Assembly (NCBI GenBank): GCA_002701645.1
Contig: NZWP01000012.1
Location: forward strand, 45,580-109,579
Direction: 5' to 3'
Length of the DNA: 64,000 nucleotides
Source of the DNA: Fidelibacterota bacterium
GTDB lineage: Bacteria; Fidelibacterota; Marinisomatia; Marinisomatales; Marinisomataceae
In this document: positions 1 through 10,383 of the stretch, in pieces
Numbering within the stretch: the first letter of the stretch is position 1
How the letters are laid out: every line of letters starts with the position of its first letter
The notes under the pieces: model-generated
Seen by the model: the letters and a program-made list of their open reading frames with translations, nothing else
The model's database searches: none
Told to the model about the DNA's origin: nothing
Translations under genes and position numbers: made by a program

Positions 1-2
1 TT

Positions 3-695
3 ATGAGTTTTTTTATTAATGGTTCATCGCAAGATGTCGACAATAATCCAGTTCAATTAAAACGTGGCGCAAAAACTATTATGCTCCTCTTTTTGATAAC
101 AATACTTTTAGCAGTTTTATTTGAAAATTTCCTTCATATTCCTCCTGTATTTGGAATGATGACAGGATTTAGTTTATTGCAATTTTTTGGATATTATTTA
201 AAACGCACTTATTCTGCACCGAGAAGTATTGAAAGGGATGGATCTGATCAACGTTTTGGAATTTTTAAGCAAGTCGCTCAAGCAGAATGGGATACATTGC
301 TTTTCTTTTATGGGGTAATTATGTGTGTGGCAGGGCTGTCTGAAATAGGTTATCTAGCAGTATTAAACACTACTCTTTATGATGGATTAGGTTTTACGGT
401 AGCTAATTCACTTATGGGTATTATCTCAGCTTTAGTAGATAATATACCCGTTATGTTTTCTGTGATTCAAATGCATGATACAACAACAATGAATTTAGAT
501 CAATGGCTGTTAATTACTCTAACTGCTGGCGTGGGAGGAAGTTTATTATCAATTGGTTCTGCTCCAGGAGTTGCTTTAATGGGACAAGCAAAAGGCATAT
601 ATACTTTTTCTAGTCATTTAAAATGGTCAGGAGTTATTTTCATTGGATATGTAGCTAGTATTATAGTTCATTTATTAATCTGGAACATTCTTTAG
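3..695 (+). CDS. NhaD/ArsB-superfamily Na+/H+ antiporter, C-terminal part (5' end lies outside the window)
   Basis: The ORF is open to the left edge. It is polytopic and hydrophobic, and the GGSLLSIGSAPGVALMG block near the C-terminus is typical of NhaD-type antiporters. Family assigned by recall only. Confidence 0.55.
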   Translation: MSFFINGSSQDVDNNPVQLKRGAKTIMLLFLITILLAVLFENFLHIPPVFGMMTGFSLLQFFGYYLKRTYSAPRSIERDGSDQRFGIFKQVAQAEWDTLLFFYGVIMCVAGLSEIGYLAVLNTTLYDGLGFTVANSLMGIISALVDNIPVMFSVIQMHDTTTMNLDQWLLITLTAGVGGSLLSIGSAPGVALMGQAKGIYTFSSHLKWSGVIFIGYVASIIVHLLIWNIL

Positions 696-1235
696 ATGCG
701 CATTACTAAAGTTACTACTAGGAATGGAGATAGCGGAAAAACTGGCTTAGCTCGAGGTGGCTCTGTTTATAAAAATGATGCTATTATTCATGCTTTGGGT
801 GATATAGATGAGCTAAGTAGTGTGCTTGGTGTATGTAATAATGCTTGCGATGATTCTTCTATTATTAATCAATTAAAGCTTATTCAAAATGACCTATTTG
901 ATATTGGAGGCCAAATATCTTTAAATGAAGATAGTGCAAATATTATTACCGAGAAATCTATTACTTCATTAGATCAGCATATTGATTATTATAATGCCTC
1001 TTTAGAACCATTAAAAGAATTTATTCTACCAGGAGGAGATTCTTTTTCAGCTAATCTGCATGTTGCAAGAACAATCACAAGAAGAGCAGAAAGAACGGTT
1101 GTTGAGCTATATTCAGATAATCTAGAAAACAATAATGTTGTAATGTATTTAAACAGATTGTCAGATTATTTATTTGTTCTATCAAGGTTTTATAATAAAA
1201 ATAAAAATATTACTGAGAATATTTGGCAAAGATAA
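696..1235 (+). CDS. pduO: PduO-type ATP:cob(I)alamin adenosyltransferase
   Basis: The N-terminal TTRNGDSGKTGL block matches the TRxGDxGxT signature. Size is about 180 aa with the helical-bundle C-terminal region RRAERxVV. The ATG directly abuts the upstream stop. Confidence 0.8.
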   Translation: MRITKVTTRNGDSGKTGLARGGSVYKNDAIIHALGDIDELSSVLGVCNNACDDSSIINQLKLIQNDLFDIGGQISLNEDSANIITEKSITSLDQHIDYYNASLEPLKEFILPGGDSFSANLHVARTITRRAERTVVELYSDNLENNNVVMYLNRLSDYLFVLSRFYNKNKNITENIWQR

Positions 1236-1240
1236 TTGTT

Positions 1241-2242
1241 ATGGATTATAAAAAAATTGAATCAACTATTGCCGGAAAAAATAAGATCTTTATATCATCA
1301 CATATTAATCCAGATGGAGATAGCTTAGGTTCTGCTTTTGCAGTATATCATTATTTAACAAAACTAGGAAAAGACTGTAGGATTATAAATCATTCCCCTA
1401 CACCTGAAATGTATAGTTTTTTAAATACAGATAATATTTTTTATGATTTGGATGGTGATAATGCAGGATTTATTAAGAATGCTGATTTAGGGATTATTCT
1501 AGATATTGGAGATTTCTATCGTTTAGGAGATATAGCTTATATTGTTGAGGATAACTCTATAGAGACTTTAAGCATCGATCATCATCCACAATCTGATAAT
1601 GATTTTTTTACACATACTTTTATTGATTTGAAGGCTTGTTCTGTTGGAGAAATACTATATTCATATTTTTGTAATATCGATAAAACTTTAATAGATAAAG
1701 ATATAATGCTGGGTCTTTATGTGGCAGTTCTTACAGATACTGGTTCATTTAGGCATAGCAACACGACAGCACTGAGTCATAAAATTGCAGTTGATGCAAT
1801 CAATATGGAGTTAGATATTGCAAAAATATATCAGAAAATTTATGAAAGCTCATCTGTTAGTCGTATTAGATTGCTTGGTAATGTAATTCAGAATTTAAAT
1901 TTTGATTGTAATGGACAATTAGTATGGTTTGCTTTGAATGAAGATATGGTAAAAGAAGTAAGTGGATCTAATCAAGATTTTGATGGATTTACAGATTTTT
2001 TTAGAAGCATTAAAGGAGTAGAAGTATCGGTAATGCTTTATGATTTAAAGGGCAAAGTTAGACTAAGTTTCAGATCAAAAGGAAAATATAAAGTGAGTGA
2101 GATTGCAAAAAAAATGGGTGGAGGTGGACATCCTTTTGCAGCTGCAGCATTGGTAGAAGGAGAATTCTCTGATGTGAAATCTAATGTTTTAAACATTTTG
2201 TCAACATATATTAATAAGCATAATGAAAATAATATTAGCTAA
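1241..2242 (+). CDS. nrnA: DHH/DHHA1 phosphoesterase, NrnA-like oligoribonuclease/pAp phosphatase
   Basis: Carries HINPDGDSLGS, the DHH motif (SIDHHP) and the DHHA1 motif GGGGH. The ORF-track TTG start at 1223 overlaps pduO, so the ATG at 1241 is preferred. Confidence 0.75.
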   Translation: MDYKKIESTIAGKNKIFISSHINPDGDSLGSAFAVYHYLTKLGKDCRIINHSPTPEMYSFLNTDNIFYDLDGDNAGFIKNADLGIILDIGDFYRLGDIAYIVEDNSIETLSIDHHPQSDNDFFTHTFIDLKACSVGEILYSYFCNIDKTLIDKDIMLGLYVAVLTDTGSFRHSNTTALSHKIAVDAINMELDIAKIYQKIYESSSVSRIRLLGNVIQNLNFDCNGQLVWFALNEDMVKEVSGSNQDFDGFTDFFRSIKGVEVSVMLYDLKGKVRLSFRSKGKYKVSEIAKKMGGGGHPFAAAALVEGEFSDVKSNVLNILSTYINKHNENNIS

Positions 2243-3104
2243 ATCAGCAGGTTATTGTTTCGGAGTTCGTGATGCGGTCAATGCTGCATATGACGTTAGT
2301 AAAGAATATGGAGAAGTCTATATGTTGGGAGATATTGTTCATAATGAAAACGTAGTCAAAGATTTAGAAAAAAAAGGCGTTAAAGTCGTAGAAAAATTAG
2401 AAGAAATTCCAGAAGATAAGCCGGTTTTATTTCGTGCTCATGGTACCTCAAAAGATGTGTGGAAAAAGGCAGAAGATAAAAAAATGAATATTATTGATGC
2501 TACCTGCCCATTGGTGCATGACATTCATAGAGAGGTCAAAGAGTTGCATGCAGAAGGAAGAAAAATTATTATTATTGGCGATCATGGTCATGATGAGGTA
2601 ATAGGTATTGCTAGTCAAGTTGATGATTCAATAATTATCGCATCTATTGAAGAAGCGCAAAAATTAAGAAAAACAAAAAAAGCTGGAGTAGTTAGTCAGT
2701 CCACTCAAGCGATAGAAAATGTCCAAGATATTATTAGTATTTTAATGACTAAAGTGGTGGATTTGAGATTTATAAATACTATTTGTTTTCCTACCAAGCA
2801 AAATCATCAGCAAATTAAAGAATTATCAACGATTACAGATATGATACTTATTATAGGATCATTTACAAGTGCCAATTCTAAAAGATTGACAGAATTGAGC
2901 CTGGAAAGAAATAAAAACACTTATCAAGTTACAAATGCTACAGAAATTAATTCATCTTGGTTTAAAAATAATATAAATTCGGTTGGTATTTCTGCAGGCG
3001 CATCGACTCCCGATTGGATTATAAGTTCGGTAATTAAAAAAGTCAAAGAATTAACAGATACAACAGAGAAGGAAATTATTCATGAGTCAAGAGTACGATT
3101 TTAA
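2223..3104 (+). CDS. ispH: 4-hydroxy-3-methylbut-2-enyl diphosphate reductase
   Basis: The three Fe-S cysteine contexts are present: GYCFGV, DATCPLV and NTICFPT. Size is typical for LytB/IspH. Confidence 0.9.
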   Translation: MKIILAKSAGYCFGVRDAVNAAYDVSKEYGEVYMLGDIVHNENVVKDLEKKGVKVVEKLEEIPEDKPVLFRAHGTSKDVWKKAEDKKMNIIDATCPLVHDIHREVKELHAEGRKIIIIGDHGHDEVIGIASQVDDSIIIASIEEAQKLRKTKKAGVVSQSTQAIENVQDIISILMTKVVDLRFINTICFPTKQNHQQIKELSTITDMILIIGSFTSANSKRLTELSLERNKNTYQVTNATEINSSWFKNNINSVGISAGASTPDWIISSVIKKVKELTDTTEKEIIHESRVRF

Positions 3105-3957
3105 AACAAAAGTTGCATTAGCTGAAATGTTAAAAGGTGGCGTTATAATGGATGTCACAAATGTTGAGCAAGCAAAAATTGCAGAAGAATCAGGAGCTGT
3201 TTCAGTGATGGCTTTAGAAAGAATTCCATCAGATATCAGAACAGATGGAGGAGTTGCTAGAATGAGCAATCCTCATATGATTAAAGAAATTCAAGATAAT
3301 GTTTCTATTCCAGTGATGGCAAAATGCAGAATTGGCCATTTTGCAGAGGCTCAAATTTTGCAAGCTTTAGAAGTAGATTTTATTGATGAAAGTGAAGTTT
3401 TAACAATGGCTGATGAAGACTTTCATGTCGATAAACATCCCTTTAAAGCGCCATTTGTTTGTGGAGCACGCAATCTTGGTGAAGCATTAAGAAGAGTGGA
3501 TGAAGGTGCGGCGTTAATTCGAACTAAAGGCGAAGCAGGTAGTGGTAATATTGTTGAAGCAGTTAGACATATGAAAATGATTACCTCGGAATTAAAATCA
3601 CTTAAAGAACAAGATTTATCAGAAAAATCAAAAGAATTTAGAGTGCCATTAGCGCTTGTAGAGGAAGTTGCTAAAAATGGAAAGCTTCCTGTGCCTAATT
3701 TTGCTGCTGGAGGAATAGCAACTCCCGCAGATGCATCTCTGATGATGCAATTAGGTGCTGAAACAGTATTTGTTGGTTCTGGAATTTTTAAAAGCGAAGA
3801 TCCTTCAGAACGTGCCCATGCTATTGTTCAATCTGTTACTCATTTTTCTGATGCTAAGAAAGTGCTTAGCGCATCTTATAAATTGAAAGATGCTATGAAG
3901 GGAATACTGATGTCAGATATTCCTGAAGATCAGAGGTTTTCAGAAAGAGGTGAATAA
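3082..3957 (+). CDS. pdxS: Pyridoxal 5'-phosphate synthase, lyase subunit PdxS
   Basis: The highly conserved blocks [25 protein letters not shown] and [15 protein letters not shown] are all present. Confidence 0.95.
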   Translation: MSQEYDFKTKVALAEMLKGGVIMDVTNVEQAKIAEESGAVSVMALERIPSDIRTDGGVARMSNPHMIKEIQDNVSIPVMAKCRIGHFAEAQILQALEVDFIDESEVLTMADEDFHVDKHPFKAPFVCGARNLGEALRRVDEGAALIRTKGEAGSGNIVEAVRHMKMITSELKSLKEQDLSEKSKEFRVPLALVEEVAKNGKLPVPNFAAGGIATPADASLMMQLGAETVFVGSGIFKSEDPSERAHAIVQSVTHFSDAKKVLSASYKLKDAMKGILMSDIPEDQRFSERGE

Positions 3958-3959
3958 TA

Positions 3960-4523
3960 GTGGTCGGAGTTCTGGCTCTACAAGGCAACTTTGCATCCCA
4001 TATTCAGATTCTGAATGAAATCGGGCTTGATTCAACGTTGGTTAAAAATCTAGAGGACTTATCTAATCTTCAAGGTTTAATTCTACCTGGAGGAGAATCG
4101 ACAACAATGTCTAATCTTTTATTAAGAGATCAAAGTTTTATTGATGGAATAAAATTTTTCTCTGATAATAAACCTATTTTTGGTACTTGTGCTGGCCTAA
4201 TTCTTATGTCAAAAAATAGTTTTGATAAAAAAGTATTAAATATGAATATTCTTGATGTTGAAGTAAATAGAAATGCATATGGAAGACAAGTTCATTCTTT
4301 TGATGATTCGATTAATCTGCAGTGTAAGAGTGTTAAATCTCAATCAATTAAGGCATCATTTATTAGAGCTCCTAAAATTACTAGCATAGGAAAAGATGTT
4401 GAAATAATTTGTAAGCATAATAATGAGATTGTTGGAGTAAAAGAAGGTATGCATATGGCAGTTACTTGCCATCCTGAATTGCAAAATGAAACATTATTAC
4501 ATAAGCTGTGTTTTAAAGGGTAA
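3960..4523 (+). CDS. pdxT: Pyridoxal 5'-phosphate synthase, glutaminase subunit PdxT
   Basis: Carries GVLALQGNF, LPGGESTT, the nucleophile context GTCAG and C-terminal CHPE. GTG start 3 nt after the pdxS stop. Confidence 0.9.
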   Translation: MVGVLALQGNFASHIQILNEIGLDSTLVKNLEDLSNLQGLILPGGESTTMSNLLLRDQSFIDGIKFFSDNKPIFGTCAGLILMSKNSFDKKVLNMNILDVEVNRNAYGRQVHSFDDSINLQCKSVKSQSIKASFIRAPKITSIGKDVEIICKHNNEIVGVKEGMHMAVTCHPELQNETLLHKLCFKG

Positions 4524-4525
4524 CT

Positions 4526-6388
4526 ATGAAATATTTAAATAATATTAAATCGCCAGAAGATTTAAGATCTTATTCAAAAGAAGATCTAGAATTTATTTGC
4601 AATGAATTAAGAGAATATATCATAGAAACTATCAGTAAGATTGGTGGTCATTTAGCTCCAACTTTAGGTACGATAGAATTAACCACAGCTCTTCATTATG
4701 TTTATAATACACCCGAAGATAAGCTTATTTGGGATACTGGCCATCAAGCATATGCACATAAAGTTTTAACAGGAAGATTTGATTCTCTTAATACTATTAG
4801 AAAATATAAAGGATTAAGCGGATTTTTAAAAAGAACCGAAAGTGAATATGATGTATTTGGAGCCGGACATGCATCAACTTCTATTTCTGCTGGGCTGGGA
4901 ATAGCTTGCGCAAGAGACTTAAATAATGAAGATTTTAAAGTAGTAAGTATCATAGGTGATGGAGCCCTAACTGGCGGACTTGCATTTGAAGCACTTAACA
5001 ATGCGGGGCATCTTAAAAAACAATTATTAGTTATTGTGAATGATAATGACATGTCAATTAGCCCTAACGTAGGAGCATTTAGGAATTATTTAGTTAAGAT
5101 TGCTACTAATAAGTCTTATAACTATATAAGAGATCAACTCGGAAGATTAATCACAAGATTACCTAAGAGCTTTAGATTTATTGAAGCTTTATTAAAAAAA
5201 ACAGAATCGAGTGCAAAAAATTTCTTTTTCCCAACCACTGTATTTGAAGATTTAGGTTTTAGGTATTTTGGTCCTGTAGATGGACATAATATCCATGAAC
5301 TAGTCAATACGTTAAATAATATAAAAGATTTAAATACTCCAGTAGTCCTTCATACTATTACAAAAAAAGGAAAGGGCCTCGATTGTGCAGAAGAAGATCC
5401 AGTCAAATATCATGGAGTAAAAGAGAAAAAAGAAGCACCTATTGAAAAAACTGAAGAAGCGCCTATCTTTCAGAATGTTTTTGGAGAAGTATCTTGTAGT
5501 TTAGCACAAGATAATAAAGATATTGTTGCTATTACTGCTGCAATGCGAGAAGGTACAGGTTTAGTTAATTTTGCCAAAGAATTTCCTGATAAATATTTTG
5601 ATGTAGGAATAGCAGAAGCACATGCAGTAACATTTGCTGGAGGATTAGCAGTAAATGGCAAAACTCCAATAGTAGCAATTTATTCTACATTTTTACAAAG
5701 AGCTTATGATCAAATTATCCATGATATTGCTTTGCAGAAATTGCCTGTAGTTTTTTGTTTAGATAGATCTGGTTTAGTAGGAGAGGACGGAGCAACACAC
5801 CATGGAGTATTAGATATTGCATATATGAAATGTATTCAAGGAATGGTTGTTACTGCACCAAAAGATGGTAATGAATTAAAGAATCTATTATTCACAGCTA
5901 CCAGCTATAGTAAAGGCCCTTTTAGTATCAGATATCCAAAAGAATCATCAATCAATTTTGATAATACTAATTCTAATATTATAAAAATTGGATCTTGGGA
6001 GGTAATGACTACAGGTAAAGATGTTTTAATTCTAGCAGTTGGATCTATGGTTAAGAGAAGTCTTGATATTGTACAAAGGTTAAAAGAAAAAAATATTGAA
6101 ACTGAAGTCATTAATTGTAGATTTATTAAACCAATGGACTTAGAATACTTAAACAATAATTTTTCAAGATTTTCTAAGATTGTGACTATTGAAGAAGGTG
6201 TTTTGGATGGAGGCTTTGGAGAAGGTGTTACAGCATGGTCTTCTAGTAAAAATCTAAAAAATGACATTCTCAATATTGGATTGCCCAATGATTTTGTAGA
6301 TCATGGTCCAAGAAATGTATTATTAGAAGAAGTAGGTTTAGATAGTCAGTCATTATATATAAAGATTATTGAATTTGTTAATGAGTAA
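4526..6388 (+). CDS. dxs: 1-deoxy-D-xylulose-5-phosphate synthase
   Basis: Carries GGHLAPTLG and WDTGHQAYAHK, the TPP motif GDGALTGG...NDN, and a transketolase-like C-terminal domain. Confidence 0.95.
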   Translation: MKYLNNIKSPEDLRSYSKEDLEFICNELREYIIETISKIGGHLAPTLGTIELTTALHYVYNTPEDKLIWDTGHQAYAHKVLTGRFDSLNTIRKYKGLSGFLKRTESEYDVFGAGHASTSISAGLGIACARDLNNEDFKVVSIIGDGALTGGLAFEALNNAGHLKKQLLVIVNDNDMSISPNVGAFRNYLVKIATNKSYNYIRDQLGRLITRLPKSFRFIEALLKKTESSAKNFFFPTTVFEDLGFRYFGPVDGHNIHELVNTLNNIKDLNTPVVLHTITKKGKGLDCAEEDPVKYHGVKEKKEAPIEKTEEAPIFQNVFGEVSCSLAQDNKDIVAITAAMREGTGLVNFAKEFPDKYFDVGIAEAHAVTFAGGLAVNGKTPIVAIYSTFLQRAYDQIIHDIALQKLPVVFCLDRSGLVGEDGATHHGVLDIAYMKCIQGMVVTAPKDGNELKNLLFTATSYSKGPFSIRYPKESSINFDNTNSNIIKIGSWEVMTTGKDVLILAVGSMVKRSLDIVQRLKEKNIETEVINCRFIKPMDLEYLNNNFSRFSKIVTIEEGVLDGGFGEGVTAWSSSKNLKNDILNIGLPNDFVDHGPRNVLLEEVGLDSQSLYIKIIEFVNE

Positions 6389-6391
6389 AAA

Positions 6392-7990
6392 ATGAGTAAA
6401 AAAACATTAAATAGAGAAAAAAACTTTAATAGTATCAGTGGCAATAAGCTGAAAGAATACTATTCTTCTGATAAAAAAGATGATAAATATAATATAGATC
6501 CTGGTACTTTTCCATATACTCGAGGAATCCATAAGAATATGTATAGAGGAAAATTGTGGACCATGAGACAATTTTCAGGTTTTAGTACTCCAGAAAAAAC
6601 AAATGAAAGATATAAATATTTATTAAAAAATGGTCAGACAGGACTTTCTGTTGCTTATGATATGCCAACGCTTATGGGATATGACCCTGATCATGAATTA
6701 TCATCTGGAGAAGTAGGTGTTTGTGGTGTAAATGTTGCTTCTTTAGAGGATATGGAAATTTTATTTAAAGATATAGATTTAGAAAAGATTTCTGTATCTC
6801 AGACTATTAATGGTCCTGCAATTATATTATTTGCTTTTTATGTAGCATTAGCAAAGAAAAATGGAATTGATATTAGTCATCTAAGGGGAACACTGCAGAA
6901 TGATGCTGTGAAAGAGTATATAGCACAAAAAGAATTTATCTTTCCTCCTAAGCCATCAGTAAAGCTTGTAGTAGATGTTATTGAATTTTGTTCAAAAAAT
7001 ATGCCACTTTATAGTCCAGTATCAGTAAGCGGCTATCATATAAGAGAGGCTGGATCAACCGCTGCACAAGAATTAGCATTTACATTGAATAGTGGATTTA
7101 CTTATATAGAAGCTTCTTTAAAGAGAGGTCTAAAGATTGATGACTTTGCTCATAGATTATCATTTTTCTTTAACTCACATATGGATTTCTTTGAAGAGAT
7201 AGGTAAATATAGGGCAGCAAGAAGAATTTGGGCCAATAAACTTAAAAATGATTATGGCGCAAAAAATGAAAGTTCTTTAAAATTAAAATTCCATACACAA
7301 ACAGCTGGATGTTCTTTAACTGCCCAACAACCAGAGAATAATATTGTTAGAACTGCATATGAAGCTATGTCTGCAGTATTAGGTGGGACTAATTCTCTTC
7401 ATACAAATTCACTTGATGAGACATTAGCATTACCATCAGAAAAAGCTGCAAAAATAGCATTAAGAACTCAACAAATTCTTGCACTTGAAACAGGTGTGCC
7501 TAATGTAGCAGATCCACTAGGAGGATCATGGTATGTAGAAGAGATAACGGATAGAATTGAAGATGAAGCAAATGAATATTTTAAAGCAATAAAAAGTCTT
7601 GGAGGTACAATCGTAGCGATTGAAGATGGATACTTTCAAAAGAAAATTGCTGAGTCTGCCTCATTATATCAAGAATCCATTGATTCAAAAGAAAGAATAA
7701 TCGTTGGAGTAAACGATTTTGTTGATGAGAATGAGAAGCTTGAAATTGAAATTTTAAAAATATCTCAACAAGCTCAAGAGATTCAAGAGAAAAAAGTTAA
7801 AAGATTAAGGAAAAAAAGAGATAATAAATTACTTGATAAAAAAATGAAAAAATTAAGAAATGCTTGTGAAAATAATTTAAATTTAGTCCCTTGTTTGATT
7901 GAGATAGCAGAGCATGGTGGTACTGTTGGAGAAATTGTTGAATTAATGAAAAGTGTTTATGGAGAATGGGAAGAATCGTTTGGAATCTAA
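6392..7990 (+). CDS. Adenosylcobalamin-dependent acyl-CoA mutase, large substrate-binding subunit (MCM family, isobutyryl-CoA-mutase-like specificity residues)
   Basis: Shows the MCM TIM-barrel blocks FPYTRGI, WTMRQFSGFST, GQTGLSVAYDMPT and TLQNDAVKEYIAQKEFIFPP. It is 532 aa with no C-terminal B12-binding domain. It has Phe61 and Gln179 where MCM has Tyr/Arg. Confidence 0.85.
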   Translation: MSKKTLNREKNFNSISGNKLKEYYSSDKKDDKYNIDPGTFPYTRGIHKNMYRGKLWTMRQFSGFSTPEKTNERYKYLLKNGQTGLSVAYDMPTLMGYDPDHELSSGEVGVCGVNVASLEDMEILFKDIDLEKISVSQTINGPAIILFAFYVALAKKNGIDISHLRGTLQNDAVKEYIAQKEFIFPPKPSVKLVVDVIEFCSKNMPLYSPVSVSGYHIREAGSTAAQELAFTLNSGFTYIEASLKRGLKIDDFAHRLSFFFNSHMDFFEEIGKYRAARRIWANKLKNDYGAKNESSLKLKFHTQTAGCSLTAQQPENNIVRTAYEAMSAVLGGTNSLHTNSLDETLALPSEKAAKIALRTQQILALETGVPNVADPLGGSWYVEEITDRIEDEANEYFKAIKSLGGTIVAIEDGYFQKKIAESASLYQESIDSKERIIVGVNDFVDENEKLEIEILKISQQAQEIQEKKVKRLRKKRDNKLLDKKMKKLRNACENNLNLVPCLIEIAEHGGTVGEIVELMKSVYGEWEESFGI

Positions 7991-7993
7991 ATT

Positions 7994-8401
7994 ATGAATA
8001 AGATTTATACATCACTGATTTTAGTTTTTGCATTAATTGTTATGTGGACTGTATATCTTACTAATATAAAAAACGATGATAGTTTAACAGTGCGCTATTA
8101 TACAATAGAGGAACTTTCGACTAAACAGGTTTCTATTCCTAATGTTAAAGTTGGCGGTTTGATTAAGCCAAATTCAATTAACATTAATGAAAAAGATCAA
8201 TTAGAAGTATCATTCTATGTATACCAAGGTAGTGACAGCTTAAAGGTTCATTATTATGGTATTAGACCAGACTTATTTAAAGATGATGCAGAGGTAATAG
8301 TTGCTGGAGCCTTTGATGATGATTTGATTGTTGCTACAGAACTTCAAACTAAATGTGCTTCACGCTATGAAGGCGATTTAAAAAATATAGAAAAAATATA
8401 A
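7994..8401 (+). CDS. ccmE: Cytochrome c maturation heme chaperone CcmE, CxxxY variant
   Basis: N-terminal TM anchor plus OB-fold-sized domain (VKVGGLI, PDLFKDDAEVIVAG). The C-terminal TKCASRY replaces the canonical HxxxY heme-binding motif. Located directly upstream of ccmF. Confidence 0.8.
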   Translation: MNKIYTSLILVFALIVMWTVYLTNIKNDDSLTVRYYTIEELSTKQVSIPNVKVGGLIKPNSININEKDQLEVSFYVYQGSDSLKVHYYGIRPDLFKDDAEVIVAGAFDDDLIVATELQTKCASRYEGDLKNIEKI

Positions 8402-10383
8402 TGATATCTCAAATTGGAAGTTTAGCCCTCAGTATAAGTGGCGGATTAATATTATCAAATTTTTTCTTTTTATTTTATTACTCTATTAGGAAAGATAAAA
8501 TCTTTCTAAATGTGTCTGAAAGAGGATTAATAGCAGTATGTTTTTGTGTTATATTAGCTACCCTTTGCTTACTGAATGAATTATTAATTAGTAATTTCAA
8601 TTTGCAATATGTATCTCAATATACAAGCTATGAAACTCCACTATTTTTTAAAGTTACCGCTTTATGGGCAGGACAGGCTGGCTCATTACTTTTCTGGACA
8701 TTTATTATGTCTCTATATTCATTAATTTATATTAATGTTACTCTAAAGAAGATGCCTACACTGAAGTACTCATCTTATATTATACTCTCTTTTATTTTCG
8801 GATTTTTTCTACTTCTATCCAATTTTATAGCAAATCCTTTTCAGCCAGTATCATCTGATATTATTGTACAGAACGGTAATGGCTTGAATCCATTATTACA
8901 AAATGTTACAATGGCTATTCATCCACCGACTCTTTATTTGGGTTTTATTGGAACAACAATTCTTTTCGTTATGGCTTTAGCTGGTTTAATATCTAAATCA
9001 CTTAATTTCGAATGGATTCAATCAATTAGGCGTTGGTCATTGATTGTATGGACTTTCTTATCTGGAGGTATCATTTTAGGCGGATATTGGGCATACAATG
9101 AATTAGGTTGGGGTGGATATTGGGCATGGGATCCAGTAGAAAATTCTTCTTTAATGCCTTGGCTTATACTTACTGCATTTATTCATTCATCTATGATACA
9201 AGAAAAAAGAGGCATGTTAAAATCCTGGAATATTCTATTAGCAGCATCAACTTTCCTATTAGTTATTTTAGGTACGTTTATTACTAGGAGTGGAATAGTA
9301 TCTTCAGTTCATTCATTTACTGCTGAAAATTTAGGACCACTATTCCTTGCTTTTTTATCAAGTTTAATTTTATTTACTGGCTATTGGTTTGTTAAACGAT
9401 TTGATACATTAAAGTCAGATAATAAAATTGATTCTTTCACCTCAAGAGAGGGTGGATTTTTATATAATAATCTAATTTTACTCTTAATGTGCTTTATTGT
9501 GTTATGGGGTACATTATTTCCTATTTTTTCTGAAGCATGGAATGGAGAAAAAATCTATGTAGGAGCCACTTATTTCAATCAACTAAATGTTCCTATTGGA
9601 TTGGTATTATTATTTTTAATGGGAATTGGCCCACTGCTATCTTGGAAAACAACTTCAAGACATACTTTATTATCAAATTTGAAAATTCCGATGTTAGTTA
9701 GTTTCTTTTCTGGAGTTATATATTCTATATTTTTTGGCCCATTTCAATTATACCCCCTAGTAACATGTATGGGTATATCATTTACGACTACATCTATAAT
9801 AAATGAATTTAGAAAGTCATATAAAAAATCTAAAAGCAATAGTAAGTCTATCCCATCGGCTATTGTAAGTATGTTATTTAGTAATAGACATAAAAATGGG
9901 GGATATATTGTTCATATTGGAATCACGTTACTTTTTGTAGGCTTTATTGGAAGAGCATTTGAAGTAGAGAAAGAATTTAACTTATCTCCTGGTGAGGAAA
10001 TTTATTTTGCAAACTATATTTTTAAACTTAATAGTATTAAAAGTGAAGCTAGAGACAATCATTATGCATTTATAAGTGATATAGATGTAATAGATCAAAG
10101 CAATAATCTATTAACTAGTTTACGCCCTGAAAAAAGAATTTACTTCTATTGGAATCCAGATCCCGAGAAGCGTCAGCCTCATAGTGAGCTTGATATTTAT
10201 AGTACCATGAGAAAGGATATATACTCAATATTCTCTGCTTATGATGCAGAAAAAAATCAAGGATACTTTAAGATTATGATTAACCCTTTAGTAAATTGGG
10301 TATGGGTAGGAGGTATCGTAATGGTAATTGGTTCTTTATTTGCTTTTTGGCCTTCTAAAAGGAGGGATCATGGAATTATTTAA
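8401..10383 (+). CDS. ccmF: Cytochrome c-type biogenesis protein CcmF
   Basis: Large polytopic protein with the WWD motif WGGYWAWDPVENSS and conserved histidines. ATG overlaps the ccmE stop (TAATG). Confidence 0.9.
   Translation: MISQIGSLALSISGGLILSNFFFLFYYSIRKDKIFLNVSERGLIAVCFCVILATLCLLNELLISNFNLQYVSQYTSYETPLFFKVTALWAGQAGSLLFWTFIMSLYSLIYINVTLKKMPTLKYSSYIILSFIFGFFLLLSNFIANPFQPVSSDIIVQNGNGLNPLLQNVTMAIHPPTLYLGFIGTTILFVMALAGLISKSLNFEWIQSIRRWSLIVWTFLSGGIILGGYWAYNELGWGGYWAWDPVENSSLMPWLILTAFIHSSMIQEKRGMLKSWNILLAASTFLLVILGTFITRSGIVSSVHSFTAENLGPLFLAFLSSLILFTGYWFVKRFDTLKSDNKIDSFTSREGGFLYNNLILLLMCFIVLWGTLFPIFSEAWNGEKIYVGATYFNQLNVPIGLVLLFLMGIGPLLSWKTTSRHTLLSNLKIPMLVSFFSGVIYSIFFGPFQLYPLVTCMGISFTTTSIINEFRKSYKKSKSNSKSIPSAIVSMLFSNRHKNGGYIVHIGITLLFVGFIGRAFEVEKEFNLSPGEEIYFANYIFKLNSIKSEARDNHYAFISDIDVIDQSNNLLTSLRPEKRIYFYWNPDPEKRQPHSELDIYSTMRKDIYSIFSAYDAEKNQGYFKIMINPLVNWVWVGGIVMVIGSLFAFWPSKRRDHGII

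Noticed and set aside
3087-6288. Minus-strand ORFs of 60-127 aa inside pdxS and dxs (3087-3269, 4744-5052, 5470-5661, 5905-6288). Similar antisense ORFs lie in ftsH, folP, dnaK, lysS, lolC/E, accC, xerD, miaA, pyrC, tsf, nrdJ, ior, the protease and the MATE gene
   Set aside because: All are fully embedded antisense to long, confidently identified genes. They have low-complexity or odd composition and no start context. Such ORFs are typical shadow ORFs opposite long genes.
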